Assembly (NCBI GenBank): GCA_000934665.2 | Contig: KZ539461.1 | Coordinates: forward strand, 1 to 46,697 | Direction of reading: 5' to 3' | Source of the DNA: Catajapyx aquilonaris | Taxonomy: Eukaryota | DNA: 46,697 nt | Shown here: positions 23,466 to 36,143 of the stretch, piece by piece | Numbering within the stretch: the first letter of the stretch is position 1 | Layout: the number at the start of each line of letters is the position of its first letter | Notes under the pieces: generated by a model | The model's input: only the letters and a program-made list of their open reading frames with translations | Told to the model about the DNA's origin: nothing | Databases searched by the model: none | Translations under genes and position numbers: made by a program

Positions 23466-24903
23466 TTAAAAGTCCATTTCATTCCTTCTCTTTTTCAGGG
23501 GAGGGGGGTTCCTTTTAAAGTAATAACTTCTGACCAAGTGGAATTGTTACTCAGCAGTGGATGTGGTGTTTTGAAGGGCATTTCTGTAGGCATGTTTTAA
23601 ATTAGGGGAAAACTTGCTGGTATCAGTCGTATGGGACAAAGTTTAGGACAGGCCAATCTGCCCATTTGCCTAATCAATGCAACTTAATGTGTTCAGTCAG
23701 CATTTCCAAAAGAAAATAACCATTCCCCACTTGTTAATCTCATATACCAGAGTTTTGTTATTATATCCTTCTGCTATGTAAACCTACACTGAAGCAGTCG
23801 ATTGCAGATTTGTGCTTTCGATTGAAACGCCAAAATTATTTTGGGGTTTGACTTGTTTCCAACCAAAGGAATATGAGCCTGTTGAGGAAGTAATGAAAAT
23901 ATTTATTTTTAGGGTATTTATTTACTAATGCCTGCTTGCACATGTCACAGACCAGGTAGCAGTATTGCTTTGTTCCTGACAAATTTCTTGGTGTATCAAA
24001 AATTAATACTACCTAGTACAAAATGTGTGCATGTGGGCTACATAGTTTTACTTTGCGTAAGGTTTAGTTTTATTTAAGGTTCATGCAACTTCCATGGTGA
24101 GGCCAGGGTTACCCAAGAGGTGCGAGGTGAACAAATCAATTCCTATGCAGTTTTGAGACTGATAGCTAGTCCCTAGCATTATATGAATGTTGGATGCAAA
24201 ATTGCATAGGTCAGCAGAGATGGCATGCAAAGAATAGATGTAGACTCTTCTAGTTTGTGTCACTGTGGCAGGAACGCAGGGTCAAGCTAGTAGTCAGCTT
24301 TTGCATACCAGTACTTGTTTGGAGAAGTTGCCTCGAGATTACAAGACTACTGTGGTGCCTTGTACGCTGCAATGATTAAATTTAACTGCATAAAGGGTAA
24401 GGTAGTTATATTCTACATTGACATACTGAAGTTAAAATTGAAGCCTGAAATTGTGATATTTTCTTTTATCCCTTACTGAACAATTTGCAGTTAATTTTGA
24501 TTACAATTCATATGGCTTCATGTGGCAATTGTTAACAAAATTATTGAAATGATGCCTTCCATTAAAAATACATATGCAAGTTGTTTAATAATTATACGAC
24601 AACAAGTATACTATGCTATTTTATGTGCCAAGAGACATGAAACATCAGCAAAAAAAAGAAAAAGGCGTCAATTTCAGTTGACGCCTTTTTTATTTTTTAT
24701 TTTGCTGATGTCCAATATATTGGACATCAGATCTCAGGAGGATATGTGAGGAAAAACATGTGAAAAATGACATTTCTTCTTCCTCATTTGGTTTCTCTTG
24801 TATCAGATGTGTGAAAGGACATTAACTCAATTCCCCTCTGGAATCAGGAATAATAATAGATTAAGAGGAAGCAGCTTTTAGAGAAAGTTGATTGTTCACA
24901 CTA

Positions 24904-25103
24904 AAGCCCGCTATCCACGCAAGAGTTTCTTTGTCAGAGTCCTCTTGTGCGAGAAATCTTGTATGTCGAGATGGACTTGATATCGCTTTTGGCCCCCTCA
25001 GAAGAGGGATTAAAGTTGAAAATTTTCTACTTTTTCTCTGATCCTTTGATTATGTGCAATTGGCTTCTCTGACAAGAGAAATGCTTGCATGGCTACTGGG
25101 ATT
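24904..25103. mobile_element. Second copy of the 23254 Harbinger-type MITE
   Basis: Shares GAGTCCTCTTG...AATCTTGT..GTCGAGA.GGACT and GGGATTAAAGTTGAAAATTTTCTACTTTTTC. Confidence 0.7.
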
Positions 25104-27358
25104 AAGGAAGCGCAATGGAATGTGACACTCCTTTCACAGGTACTTAAAATGAGCTATTCTGAAACAGAGGCACACCTGCACTGTTAATGCAGTTGACTGA
25201 TGATAATCATGTGCATCCATATTCATGCCAAATCAATCAAATCACTATTGGGGAAAACCTTGTTGTCAACACTCCTAGAAGAATAGCTATTTTTTCACAT
25301 CTGAGATTAAAAAGATGCGGTGTTTATAATAACCCTGGTGCTTCGGGGTGTTCAGAGTTGGAGTTCGCTCAGGGCTGATTTTATTCTGACTACCAAAGTT
25401 CCTGATTTTAGACTGGTTTGGGAGTTTGTATGTTCCCTCACATACGTGGTTTCCACCAGAAGTAACATGAAAAATGTCTCATTTGAAGCACTTTTTTCCA
25501 TACGGAAGCCTGGACTATACATCCTCTCTGCATTTTTCATTTCAGTAGGCCCATAGAATCATAAGGTAACACTTGTACTGGTACAATTATGAAACATCCT
25601 GCATGTCAGTAGTAAGTAATGATATTACTGCCTCCAGACATCAATATCTCTTTGGGTGTAACAAATGTTTCAAGAATTCTTCTTCAAGAAACTCCATATC
25701 TTCATGATGGCACAGATCTTCAGCTAGTACTGCACACAAACACCAATTTTATCTAAGCATTTTGGAACAATGGGACCAGATTTGGTGAGACTATGTTGAG
25801 AGCTCGTGCTGCTGTGTGAAGTGTTTCATCACATGGTTGCCCCCCAGGCTCTCACCTGCCATAAGTTTTACTGAGGTGGCAAAACTTGTAAAGGTCATTG
25901 GGTGCAGGGTACGAGGTGTCATGATCTGGACTGGATAAGGATTCCCAAGGATGCACCAATTCAGGGTTTGGAGTCATGCCTGTAGAAGGACTGTCATGTG
26001 CTGTGATGCATTGTGCTGCGTCCTTTTTCAACCAAGGAGTACATTTCTTACCACCGTCCCTACACTCCAGACTATGGTCCACAGACTAGGCTATGCACTA
26101 AATCTCATCATGTGTTTCACAACATAGAGAAAATTTGTGGAAGGCAAGTGCATAGGGGGTGACCAAGAGTCGAAAGACTTCGCTTGGTGAGAGTGGTTGA
26201 TATAGCTTGCAAAATTTGATACCATAGTACAAAATGCCTCTCACAACTTTGTGTATGCATGCGGTAGTAGATAAAGGTGTGTGCCAGCTTTCTGAGATGT
26301 TAAGGGTGGGAGGGGAGGAGGGTTTGAACATTTTTTATGCTGAAACTGCTCTTACTTTCTAGATGCAATAATATATTGAAGTTGTGACAGTAGTGCAAAA
26401 AATTAAATCCCATGTCATAGGTAATTGTTAGTGTTATGCCAACTTGAAATGTTACTTGTCATAGATCTGAAATTTATTAATCAGGTGTCACATGTTTGAG
26501 TGTAGCAGCTTTAAAATGTTAATATGTATCGTTGGCAGCACATTGATGTATTAGTCATTTAGAACAGCTACACTGTTCCTGATGTCATATGGTATTAGAA
26601 TGTAAGTGTCCGCTTTAATATCTTAATTAATGGTCATTGGTACAATTTTATTGCAACTAATATTGCTGTTCCTTCCTAAAGCAAGGAGTTGTGATGATAG
26701 TTTGACTTATGATTAGTGTGTGATGGAAGGGATCTATATGATAAGATATGAAGTAATTGGGCCATATGAGTTGAACTTTTTTGCAGTGACTATTCTGTCC
26801 TGACAGTAATGGAAGTTGGATGAACCAGACAATGTTATTATGGAAGATGTATTCTGAAGTGTTTTTCAAATTTGATCGTGGTCATGAACTGGACGTGTCA
26901 GCATCATAAATATGGTTTTTTTGAACCAAATGGCCTTAAAAACCAAACTTTCAATCTTCTTCAACTGTAGTCTACCACTGTGGTCTCATTAACAGGCCAG
27001 ATATTTTACACCATAGGATTCATTAGAGCCTTGGTATGTTGATATAATGCATGTAATACCACAGCATTAAAAGTGGCTTGGAAGTCACTGTGCTTGATAG
27101 GAATGATATGCATGTGCTGGCAGGTACATCGCTGTAACTCTTGATGGTACATGCATCTCCAGAAGGGCTGAAGTGATGCCTCAGTGAGGAATGTTGCTAC
27201 TGTCAGCAACATAGAAGTGACTCAAATTGTGGTGGAAGCACACTGTGTTTTTGGTGCTATTGGTCTTGCCAAAAGTTGGGAAGGAAAGGATGAAATTGGA
27301 AAATGTAAACAATAAAGTAATATGGAAAAGGGGGGGGGGGGGGANGGGGGGGGGAGAA

Positions 27359-27390
<32 letters not shown>

Positions 27391-28299
27391 TATTATTCTT
27401 CCATCCAAGTTGGGTTACATGTTGGACTACCACCTCGGCAATGAGGATCAAATTCTATTGTTTCTGTAGTTACAATATTGCTGTATGTCCTATGTGTATA
27501 GTTGTCCAATGAGCTCTTTTTCCTACAGTTTTCCATTTATTGCGTGACCGTTTCTGAGGCAGCATTGTGCTGTATTTGTTAAACAGGTCATTTGTGATTT
27601 ATGATGTAGATTTATTGTATGAGTAGCTTAAGTAAACAAGTATTCATTTTACTGAGAGACATGGAGTTTTATTAATCATCAGAGCATTTAGGCAGCACCA
27701 TGGCGTATTTATTGTGCTGCACCGGCAGTCTCTTTCAGGCAAAGCCCAACTTCCTCTCGGGCGTTATTTTTTATTATTGATGTAGAACCGATAACTGAAA
27801 CATAATGCATAGTAGGCCTACGTCTGACAAATTTGCATAATACCTGACTGTGCTGCATGGACTGTACTCAGTACAGTACGTCCCTCAGCACTGAAAGTTG
27901 AGTGATTTTTTTAAAAAAAAGTGGGAACAGGGTGTCAAGCAACCTGGAAATCATGGAAATATCAGGAAATTTTATTGTTCGGGGGATTTCTTTGCCCATC
28001 TAGAATTCTGCCCAATGAGGAATCGGTGACAACGGCAATCTTTCTCCTTACAACCGCCTTGCCACCGGCTCCAGCACCTTGGGTTGGAGTTCGGCCCTAT
28101 ACTGGGGTTCCAGGGCTTTTTCTGTAGGTTTAGTCTTTCTTAGTCACATTACAACTCTTTCTGTCAACACAATTACGCAAATTTGAGATCGACCTGCTTG
28201 AATTTTTTGGTGTTTTCCAAACAATCGTCAATACACACCGCACCGTACAGTACAAGCCATACCAACGAGAGAAAGAGGACATCATAAAATACCTGGACG

Positions 28300-28660
28300 A
28301 AAATGGAGCAAGAGGGCGTTTTGTGACTTTATGGAAACAGAGTTTCAGATGATGTTGGGTTATGCTCTAACAAAGTGGCTAGCACTATTCCCGTTGAAAG
28401 AGTTCTTCGAATGTTCTTGCCTCTAAAATCATATTTTTAATCTCATGATAAATGGCCTTTATTTCTGCTGAAATTTTTAGACCACCCTTTGTCTGAAGCA
28501 TGGCTGCACTTTGTTCACAGTCAGCCTTCATCTTTCCATGAAGCAGTGAAAAACGTAGAGTGACAGCCAGCAGTTACAGTATTTGTAGTGATTGGTCAAA
28601 TTAATAAGTTGAAAGCAAATTGGGTGTCCAAACTTGAAGACTGCTTCCTGCCTTCAGCTG
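28300..28660 (+). pseudogene. Decayed hAT-type transposase fragment (second family)
   Basis: Frameshifted readings LGYALTKWLAL.. / RVLRMFLPLKSYF / PLSEAWLHFVHSQ resemble the hAT 'TRWL' region. Confidence 0.45.
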
Positions 28661-30560
28661 TTAGTGAAATCAGCGCCACCACGTCCACTATCTTGGGCAA
28701 AACGAGTTCATTGCCATGCTAGGAAATGCCACTAAAAGCCGCATTTTGGACGCTGTTTGGGCCGCCAAATACATGACTGTCATCCTGGACTGTACTCCCG
28801 ACAAAAGCCACCAAGAGCAGGTGACACTAACCTTTTCTTGAGGTATGTTGACATGTTTAGTGAATAACCAACTATACAAGAGCGATTTGTCGGATTTTTG
28901 GAGGTGAAGGACAACGGCAGCAGGTTTGACTGAATCGGCCTACATTAGCCAGGTTCAAACTCCTCTCAGAAGAAGAACACGTTCGGGAAGAACTTTGCCC
29001 GTGTGGTGAGGGATCTCACACATCCTTTGGACTTGCATCACGCCAGAGATAATGATGAGGTCGTCGGTTTCTGTGGGTCTCGGTTGGCCCTGCTCTAATA
29101 GTGCCCTGGTGTCACTACAGCTGTTCAGGGCTTTTAACGATTTTGTGTATGGGTCAAGGCCCACCTGAAAGCTGCAATGCATGGTGGAGCTGAGCTGCAA
29201 GGGACCTGCCCAGTTGCTGCAGAGGAAGGGAAAGAAGAGAATGGAGCTGAAGGTGGTGGCTTGATGGAGTGGGGCCTGTGGACTCCTGCCTTTTCCAGAA
29301 TGGACTGGCTGGTATTGGTGACTCCTCTGGACTGATGATGGACTTGTATGCCTGAAGCGATATCTGGACTATTCGTTGGCTTGTTGGCCTGTTGAAATAA
29401 ACAGTGAGGAATTGGGCTGCAGCACCTGAAGGTGAGTTCAGCCCTGATCCTCATCCAAATGAATCGCTGAAGGCTGAACATCATGAAAGCAACCTTCAAA
29501 TTGGTAACTGTAGAGGGCAGGGCTATGGCAATGGAGCCCATAACATGACATTAATATTTACATTGAAGCTGCTGTCAAAGACAAGGTGGAAGGAAGAAAG
29601 ATGGGAGGTAAGGAAAGTGTAGGGCGAAGGTATGCAGACAATAACCCTCCTTGAACTGTGGACCTTTCAGACATGACTACCAGCAATATTCGCCCAATGC
29701 GATATATTTAAAATGAATCATGGCATTATTCGGATCATCATATCTCAATTCTATATACCAGACAAGATTACAGAGGATTGCGGAGCTGATAACAGTACCG
29801 GCAGTCTCTTTCAGGCAAAGCCCAACTGTCAAATATGATGCCTTATCCCTGGCCAATTATTCCATCACTTCATATGAGTTCATCTCGGGCCTAGTGATCT
29901 GGTATGACATATTGCACACCATCTGCAATGCAGTCAGCAAAACTTTGCAGTCATCGAACATGCAGCTTGACATCGCCATTAACCAGATTGCAGGGCTCAG
30001 TAAATTCTTTGAAGCTTTCCAAGTGAGTGGATATTCATCCCCAGTCATTACCACTCACGAAGTAGCAGAAGACATTGGTGTAGATCAAAAATTCAAACTA
30101 CATCGGCGTGGGGGGGGGGGGGGGGNGGGCTCGCCGTTTTGATGAAAGTGACATGTATGATTCGAACAATGACGAACCTCTTTCTCCAAGAAGAGGCAGA
30201 GGGAGCAGTGGACCCAGCGACAAGCCATTGGAAGACCTTCAAGCAGAGGCCTATTATTAACACTGCTGCGCTCAAGGAAATTGACTTGAAGTTTACGATG
30301 CTGAAGCAATAGTATGACAAATGGTTTGGTTTCATGTTTGATATTTGGCGCCTTGGATGTCAGATGAGGGTTTGGAGGCCAATTGTAAGGATCTGACTCT
30401 GAAAATTCAAGACGGAGAATTCAATGACCTATAGAGGGCCCTGATCTAATAGCAGAATTCAAGCTTTTGAGATGAACTCTTCCATCCTCAGTGCAGACGG
30501 CTTTGGATGTGCTGAAATTTTTAGCACCTGTCGTTGATTCTTACCTGAACGTCGCAATTG

Positions 30561-31615
30561 AAGCGTTTCTCGGAAAAACCCCATATGTCATCAAATGACA
30601 AAATGAGTTAAGGGTAGTATCGGTAGTATTAAATACTTTCGGAAGCCCTCCATGTAATGCTTTTCTCTCATTTCTGAAGAAAACCCTGTTGTTGGAGATA
30701 TTGAAGTGGAAAATCAGCCCCTTCCTACATTTTCCTACAAATCTCTCACATGTCAAGTGTGATTTCCCAGAAGATTCCCACATGCCAGTGATGACAGGTG
30801 AGATTTTTCACAGAATGATATGATAAGAAAGCTTCAGGAGTATCTGGATGTCCCAAAAATGATCTAAGCACTACCCCAGGACAACCCCTGCTCATGTCGT
30901 TGATGCCATCATGAAATATGTTAAGTCCTTCAAGGCTCGAGAGTCTCGGTACACGTGCAAGAAAAATTCACATATGTATTACTTCCTGAAAAGCTTTCTG
31001 TCAGGCTCATGCACAAAATGTTATAGGACAAGAGTAAGCCAGAACTTCATGTGATTTACAAGGTTTACAGGAAGATTTTCATGCAGAATTACAATTTAAA
31101 GTTTGGCACACCTCGAAGTGATACATGCAGTACATGCGACAATTTTATATACAGGATTGCAGAGTGTGCCGATGAAACTAAAAATTCCAAGCTCATGCAG
31201 GAACAGGAACTGCATCTTGCTAAAGCTGAAAAGTTTTATCAGTTGTCCGGTTCCTCTACAATCTACATGATGGTGCACTGCAATAACCCACGTACCTATA
31301 TCGAATATTAAAGATGTTCTATTCTTCCAAGTGATCAGAAAATTGGTTTGATCAATGAATCTATACATACCAGCCAACATATTATATACAGTACATCTTT
31401 CCATGAAAATAAGGTAGTTCTTGTGATAATTCAGGAAAAATCCCACATGTCACAAATTCAAATTAAGATTATGATAATTTAAAATAACATCGTAGTGTCT
31501 AATTTGCATAGTTGAATGCAAGTGTGTGTTATCCACACTACCACAAAAAAGTCTGGCTAAGGCAATTAGTATGACCAGTATGACCCTTGGGCAGTTTTTT
31601 GTTTCCTGAAAAATT

Positions 31616-31651
<36 letters not shown>

Positions 31652-31784
31652 TGCTTTATTTATAATGGTCGGCCTGCAACAACAACCAACAATCCCCCCT
31701 TCACATGTCATTCATCCACATTTATACACTCATACAAAAAAAAAAAAAAAATTACTTGACATATGGGATTCTTCCGAGAAATCA
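30561..31784 (+). mobile_element. Internally deleted Sola1-like element nested in the hAT remnant
   Basis: TIRs TTTCTCGGAAAAACCCCATATGTCA / TGACATATGGGATTCTTCCGAGAAA. Internal SFKARESRY..., YRKIFMQNYNLKFGTPRSDTCSTCD...HLAKAEKFY resembles the Sola1-type transposase Cys/His region. Confidence 0.65.
31617..31650. repeat. (TCA)n microsatellite
   Basis: About 11 TCA units. Confidence 0.95.
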
Positions 31785-32369
31785 CTTACAGAATATGGTT
31801 GACAATCCCTGTGTCTGTCACATCAGGTGAGAGGTATTTCTCCGTCCTAAAACAAATCAAGAGTTATCCATGTCAAGCTCTTGTCTACGTTCAACTATGA
31901 AACAAGAACGCTTGAACCGACTTGCCATAGTCTCTATTGAGAAGGAAGGAAGGAAATATCCATATGCGCCAGCGCTGAGTGGAATCCTCAGAAAACTGGA
32001 AGCAGAAGGACTACCTGGAGGAGAAGTAAAGTACAAAAGTTTCACGCTGCTGCATTCTCATTTTATGAAACTACCAAGTTACATAACAAAATGGACAGAA
32101 AAGAACTTTCAGGCCTGTTAATAACAATCAATAGAACATCGCATGTTCCAACCATCCCGCAACAAACTTTGTTGAACCTACATTCTATTGGTTTCTTGTT
32201 GACGCTAAGAACGGGTGGGTGGAACAGGAGGGAGGGGGGGGGGGACTTGGTGTTAAGGGGGTGCTGGTGTGAATGCAACAGAGAGAGGGGTTGAGCTGAA
32301 GGGAGAGGCGACTTGTGTAGTTGTTCACTCGTCGGCAGTCAGGTAGCTACTGAGGCAGTCCACCATCCA

Positions 32370-32450
32370 TTGACCATTGTGCATGCGCTGAACGGAGGCC
32401 AATCGGAAGCTTCACGGTAACAACAACATGCAGCGGACCAATCAGAGGGC
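32370..32450. promoter_or_regulatory. Promoter-like motif cluster
   Basis: NRF1-like GTGCATGCGC, two CCAAT boxes (~32399, ~32438) and an RFX-like GGTAACAAC, about 1.1 kb upstream of the SUGT1 ATG. Confidence 0.35.
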
Positions 32451-33030
32451 ATAACCAAAGTCTGTAGCATTCTAATATAACAGCTAGATTATACAGTATT
32501 TATTTTGAACTTGGTGTCGACCAACAGAAATGATTGTAAGTGGAGGGATAATATATTATTTAAATTATATCCTACTGGGAGCCTTTGGAGCCCGTTTGTA
32601 AGTACGGATCGCCGTAAGTCAGGTTGTTCGTAAAACGGGGACCTCCTGTATTTTAAGGTGAAATCACTCATTGCCGGTTTTGATGAAGTGACAAATGTGT
32701 AAGGGGAACAGTGTATACATACAGTGATGCTGTAATTTGTGGGGATGCGTATTTTCAACCTATTTTTACACCTGTAAAATTTCTAAAATGGTTTATTTGC
32801 CCTTTCTCCTTATTGCTGACAATGTATTGTCCCCACCTATGATTCAAGATGCTCCAAGTTCATATGCGCCATGTTGGAGTCTAGTGAAATTTCTAAACAA
32901 TGACAAGGAATAATAAACCACATAACAAAAAATGGAGTATAAATAAGGTTTCATTTATTTCTATAATATTATGTTAATGAATCTTTACAAATGATGTGAT
33001 AATTGATTTAATTGTATGTACTGTAGACCA

Positions 33031-33143
33031 GGGGATGGAATTTTCATCCCATGACAGCTACTGCCGGCTACTGCTAACTTAGCAGTGTTGGCCATATGGC
33101 ACTGATAGTTAGCAGTAACTATCAGTGGGACGAAAATTTCACC
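33031..33143. mobile_element. Short palindromic MITE, same family as 1271-1378
   Basis: TTTTCATCCCA...TACTGCTAACTTAGCAGT...GTTAGCAGTAACTATCAGTGGGACGAAAATTTCACCC. Confidence 0.7.
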
Positions 33144-33504
33144 CTACAATATTAGCAAAGTATCCCAAACCCCAGCCGTAATCTAGGCACCGCACCGTAA
33201 GGGGAGCTTATGACATGAACGGTCACCTGCAGACAACGTATGTTCATATCGAAGATGGTTCGTACCTAGTTCGTACGGTTCGCTCCCGCTCCTCCCCTAT
33301 CAGTGCAGCCAACACCTACATTATTGCTCCTGTCGCTCATGTTATGTTGGTAACTGAACCCCCACGCCATCTGTTGGACCATATCGTAAAACAGCTCTTG
33401 TAACCAGGCGATTGGCCGAGTCCAGACGACCAGACCAGTCCAGACTCAGACGTACAGAGTCCCTGTGTCGTCGTCGGGCACCTTGCGCTACAGCGCGCGG
33501 TCCT

Positions 33505-33719
33505 ATGGATCCGTACAATCCTAGGTCTGAGGGTGAGGCGAGGCATACAGACGAGGAGCCTGACCCATATCCGAGAAATGGCTTGCGTCACTCATCAGGT
33601 GCCCCCATGGGCCAGTATGGGGATGCCGCCATACATGCACCCATGGCCGGGGATGGTGTCGAGCTACATTTCCAGAGACCAGAGGATCCGAGGGTCCTGA
33701 GCCGAAGAGAAGTCCTAAG
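33505..33719 (+). CDS. SUGT1: SGT1 homologue, putative coding exon 1 (start codon uncertain: 33505, 33607 or 33643)
   Basis: CpG-rich ORF ending REVL-AG|GTATTA (phase 2). Joins 36007 to give SRREVLRRAEDAVLVGDYQKAIEVYTDAL, a complete first TPR helix. Confidence 0.7.
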
Positions 33720-34128
33720 GTATTAAATGTGTGGAAGTGATTTTAGTACTGCATGGTTTCCCTGACAAGTGAAAACTCTGGCGTGGATATCCAGCTTTGG
33801 GGTGCGTTTTTGTACGTTGTCCACTGGAGGTGAGTTCGAAACCTGGTTCGAAAAACCGCGACGAAGCCATCCCTGGAGAGGAAGGTATGCACCACAGCTC
33901 AGAAAACTTATGCTACCATCTACATTACGGCGCATTGTTAGATAGACTGACAGACTTCGAATCGTTCCAATTATTGAAGACTTGAGAAGACTTGATAGGA
34001 CAATGGAGGGTGTAATCAGGTACAAATGTGAAACTCTGTGTTTCCTATTTTATTATCTGAGTTGTAAATCGGGGTTCGAAATTAGCAAATTTTCTGATTT
34101 GAAGTGGCAAGGTGCAGGAATTTTTATA

Positions 34129-34326
34129 CAGGGTGTTTCAACTTTTTTGTCCCGACAGTTATAGGAAATATTGACCCTCAATTTTCAGCGGGCAGCACGT
34201 ATGCCACTTGAACCTAAGATTCGCATGGAATATTCCCTATTCCTCCGACAATTCACCAGTTGCAAGTCGCTGCCTACAAAGTAGCAGCTTAGTGCAATAT
34301 TTCCAATAACTGTTGGGAACACCCTG
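34129..34326. mobile_element. Tc1/mariner-type MITE
   Basis: TA|CAGGGTGTTTCAAC...CAGTTATAGGAAATATTG / CAATATTTCCAATAACTGTTGGGAACACCCTG|TA. Confidence 0.7.
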
Positions 34327-34379
34327 TATATTATTTTACAATAGTAATTGATCATTCCAAATCTTTAGAGATTCACCTA

Positions 34380-34555
34380 CAGTTGAATCCCTATATAACA
34401 GACTTCAAGGGACTGCGGAAATCAGTATGTTATAACCAAGGTCTGTTATAGCTGAATACACAAACCATATATGGAAGTTTGCCAAGACCAGCCTTCCAAG
34501 TCTGTTAGAACCGAAAGTCTGTTACAGCCGAGGCTGTTATATCCTGATTCAACTG
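34380..34555. mobile_element. pogo/Tigger-like MITE (family of 2977-3155)
   Basis: TA|CAGTTGAATC ... GATTCAACTG|TA. Confidence 0.8.
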
Positions 34556-34747
34556 TATAATTCATTCGAATTTGATTTGTCATGCCCCATTATAATACTC
34601 CACTTGAGAGCTGCCACATTGTGCAACCAGTGTTGCTGTCGCCTCCCTGCTTCCCCGTTGCTATCTTCGTTTTGCTGTGGTGGGGCAATTGTGTTCTTTC
34701 CAACAACCCCAAGACCTATATTGGCAGCAACTTCATTTACTGACTGG

Positions 34748-35252
34748 GGGCCAGTTGCACCAGTCGCGGTATATGGGAAGATATATGGAAGAACCCTGCA
34801 CCGCGGGTACACGGTATATACCCTGAAAAACCGCGGGTTTATTCCATAGCGTTGCACCAGTCCAGATAAACGCGGGGTTTTCGGTAGTACGCTGGCTAAT
34901 GAGAGACGTAAGCGGGCAAAAATTTTGGAGAGCGCTGATTGGATCGCAGCACCCGTGACGTCACGGTGACGTCATGGAAGTATGGCTAGTCGTCTAGTAT
35001 CTATGGCAACCATGTGGCAGGGTTGCCACCTGGTGTCACACAGTACTCAAAATCCCTAGCACCATGACAACACCATAAACCCGCGGTATAAGCAACTTGT
35101 GCTGCAGGATCGGCGGGTAGATGGATCGGGCGGTAAATGGGAGGGAGAACGGGCCGTTTTAGAAAAACCGTAGGTGGCGCAACACACTTCTTGCGGTATA
35201 CCGGAGTGAAAACCCGCCGTTTTCCATATACCGTGACTGGTGCAACCGGCCC
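34748..35252. mobile_element. PIF/Harbinger MITE
   Basis: GGGCCAGTTGCACCAGTCGCGGTATATGG / CCATATACCGTGACTGGTGCAACCGGCCC, with 3-bp TSD TGG. Confidence 0.8.
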
Positions 35253-36006
35253 TGGGTCACCCTAGCTAGAAAGGTGGGGTAAGAGACAGACAAAGAGAAA
35301 TACCAGTATTTTCTCTGTCTACTTTATCTGTACCATTTGTGTACCTCCTGATAGCCAAGTAGCTGCAGTTGTTTGGTTTCTTCCCACTCAAGCAAACAAC
35401 CACCATTGCCCAATTGTTGAGCTGCATTACATGGCATTGTTGTGTTGCTTCCATTAAAAACGTATTGGATATGCTCCCCTTTGGTGTCAGGCTTCGGAGA
35501 GCAGTGGAGTTTCCCTCTTCCTCCCGACCCCCCATCCATTCTGAAAGTCAGTAACTTGGGAAAGAATGGAAAGTGCTTCTGTTGGAAAAAAGAAGGTTAG
35601 GCAGGATTAACCCACTTCAAACCCAATGATGCACAGATAAACGAAGGATCAACTGACGAGTGCAGTCACTTGCTATGCATCTGAGTTTGGTGAGCATTTT
35701 CACAAGCCAGAGAGATGCTTCTCCGTAAGCCCTTTGGGAGCATTTCTGAAGTGCTCCTAAAGGCAGCTCATTGTTCTTATTATATGCCAGTTTTAGGTGT
35801 GGTTGAACTGCCTTTATGTGATTTTTTCACCATCAGAAGAGCCAGAAAAGTTAGTAGTTCATTGTTGACAGCACTTTTCCAGATGGCATGTTTCCTGGAG
35901 GCAGTGCAAATAATGGATGGAGAAAGATTATGCACATGAGGCACTCAAGGAACCAGATAAATGCGAATCTGATTACACAAATTTTTGTTATTCATTGTCT
36001 CGACAG

Positions 36007-36143
36007 ACGTGCTGAAGATGCTGTGCTTGTGGGTGATTACCAGAAGGCGATAGAGGTTTACACCGATGCTCTCGATGAAGACCGACTTGACTCTTTTTAC
36101 ATTGGTCGTGCCCATGCTCACCTGAAGCTTGAGGACTTTACAG
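36007..36143 (+). CDS. SUGT1: SGT1 exon 2 (TPR)
   Basis: Acceptor GACAG|A. RAEDAVLVGDYQKAIEVYTDAL...FYIGRAHAHLKLEDFT. Donor ACAG|GTAAAT, phase 1. Confidence 0.9.

Larger units (their letters stand above)
28688..31950 (+). pseudogene. Fragmented hAT (ZMYM1/Tip100-like) transposase remnant
   Basis: [19 protein letters not shown] (~28760-28820), FISGLVIWYDILHT..NAVSKTLQSSNMQLD (29880-29970), and hATC dimerisation motif YLNVAI/YRIWLTIPVSVTSGERYFSVLK...LRSTMKQERLNRLAIVSIE (30541-30560 joined to 31786-31940). Contains stops, frameshifts and insertions. Confidence 0.8.

Noticed and set aside
26700..27210. Possible decayed DDE transposase on the minus strand
   Set aside because: Only vague similarity (SLQP); no motif or TIR I could support.
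27329..27390. G-quadruplex candidates at poly-G/N sites (also 30109-30129, 38293-38312)
   Set aside because: These homopolymers contain N and mark contig joins, so their lengths are unreliable.
31450..31650. Poly-Met ORF
   Set aside because: Translation of the (TCA)n microsatellite.
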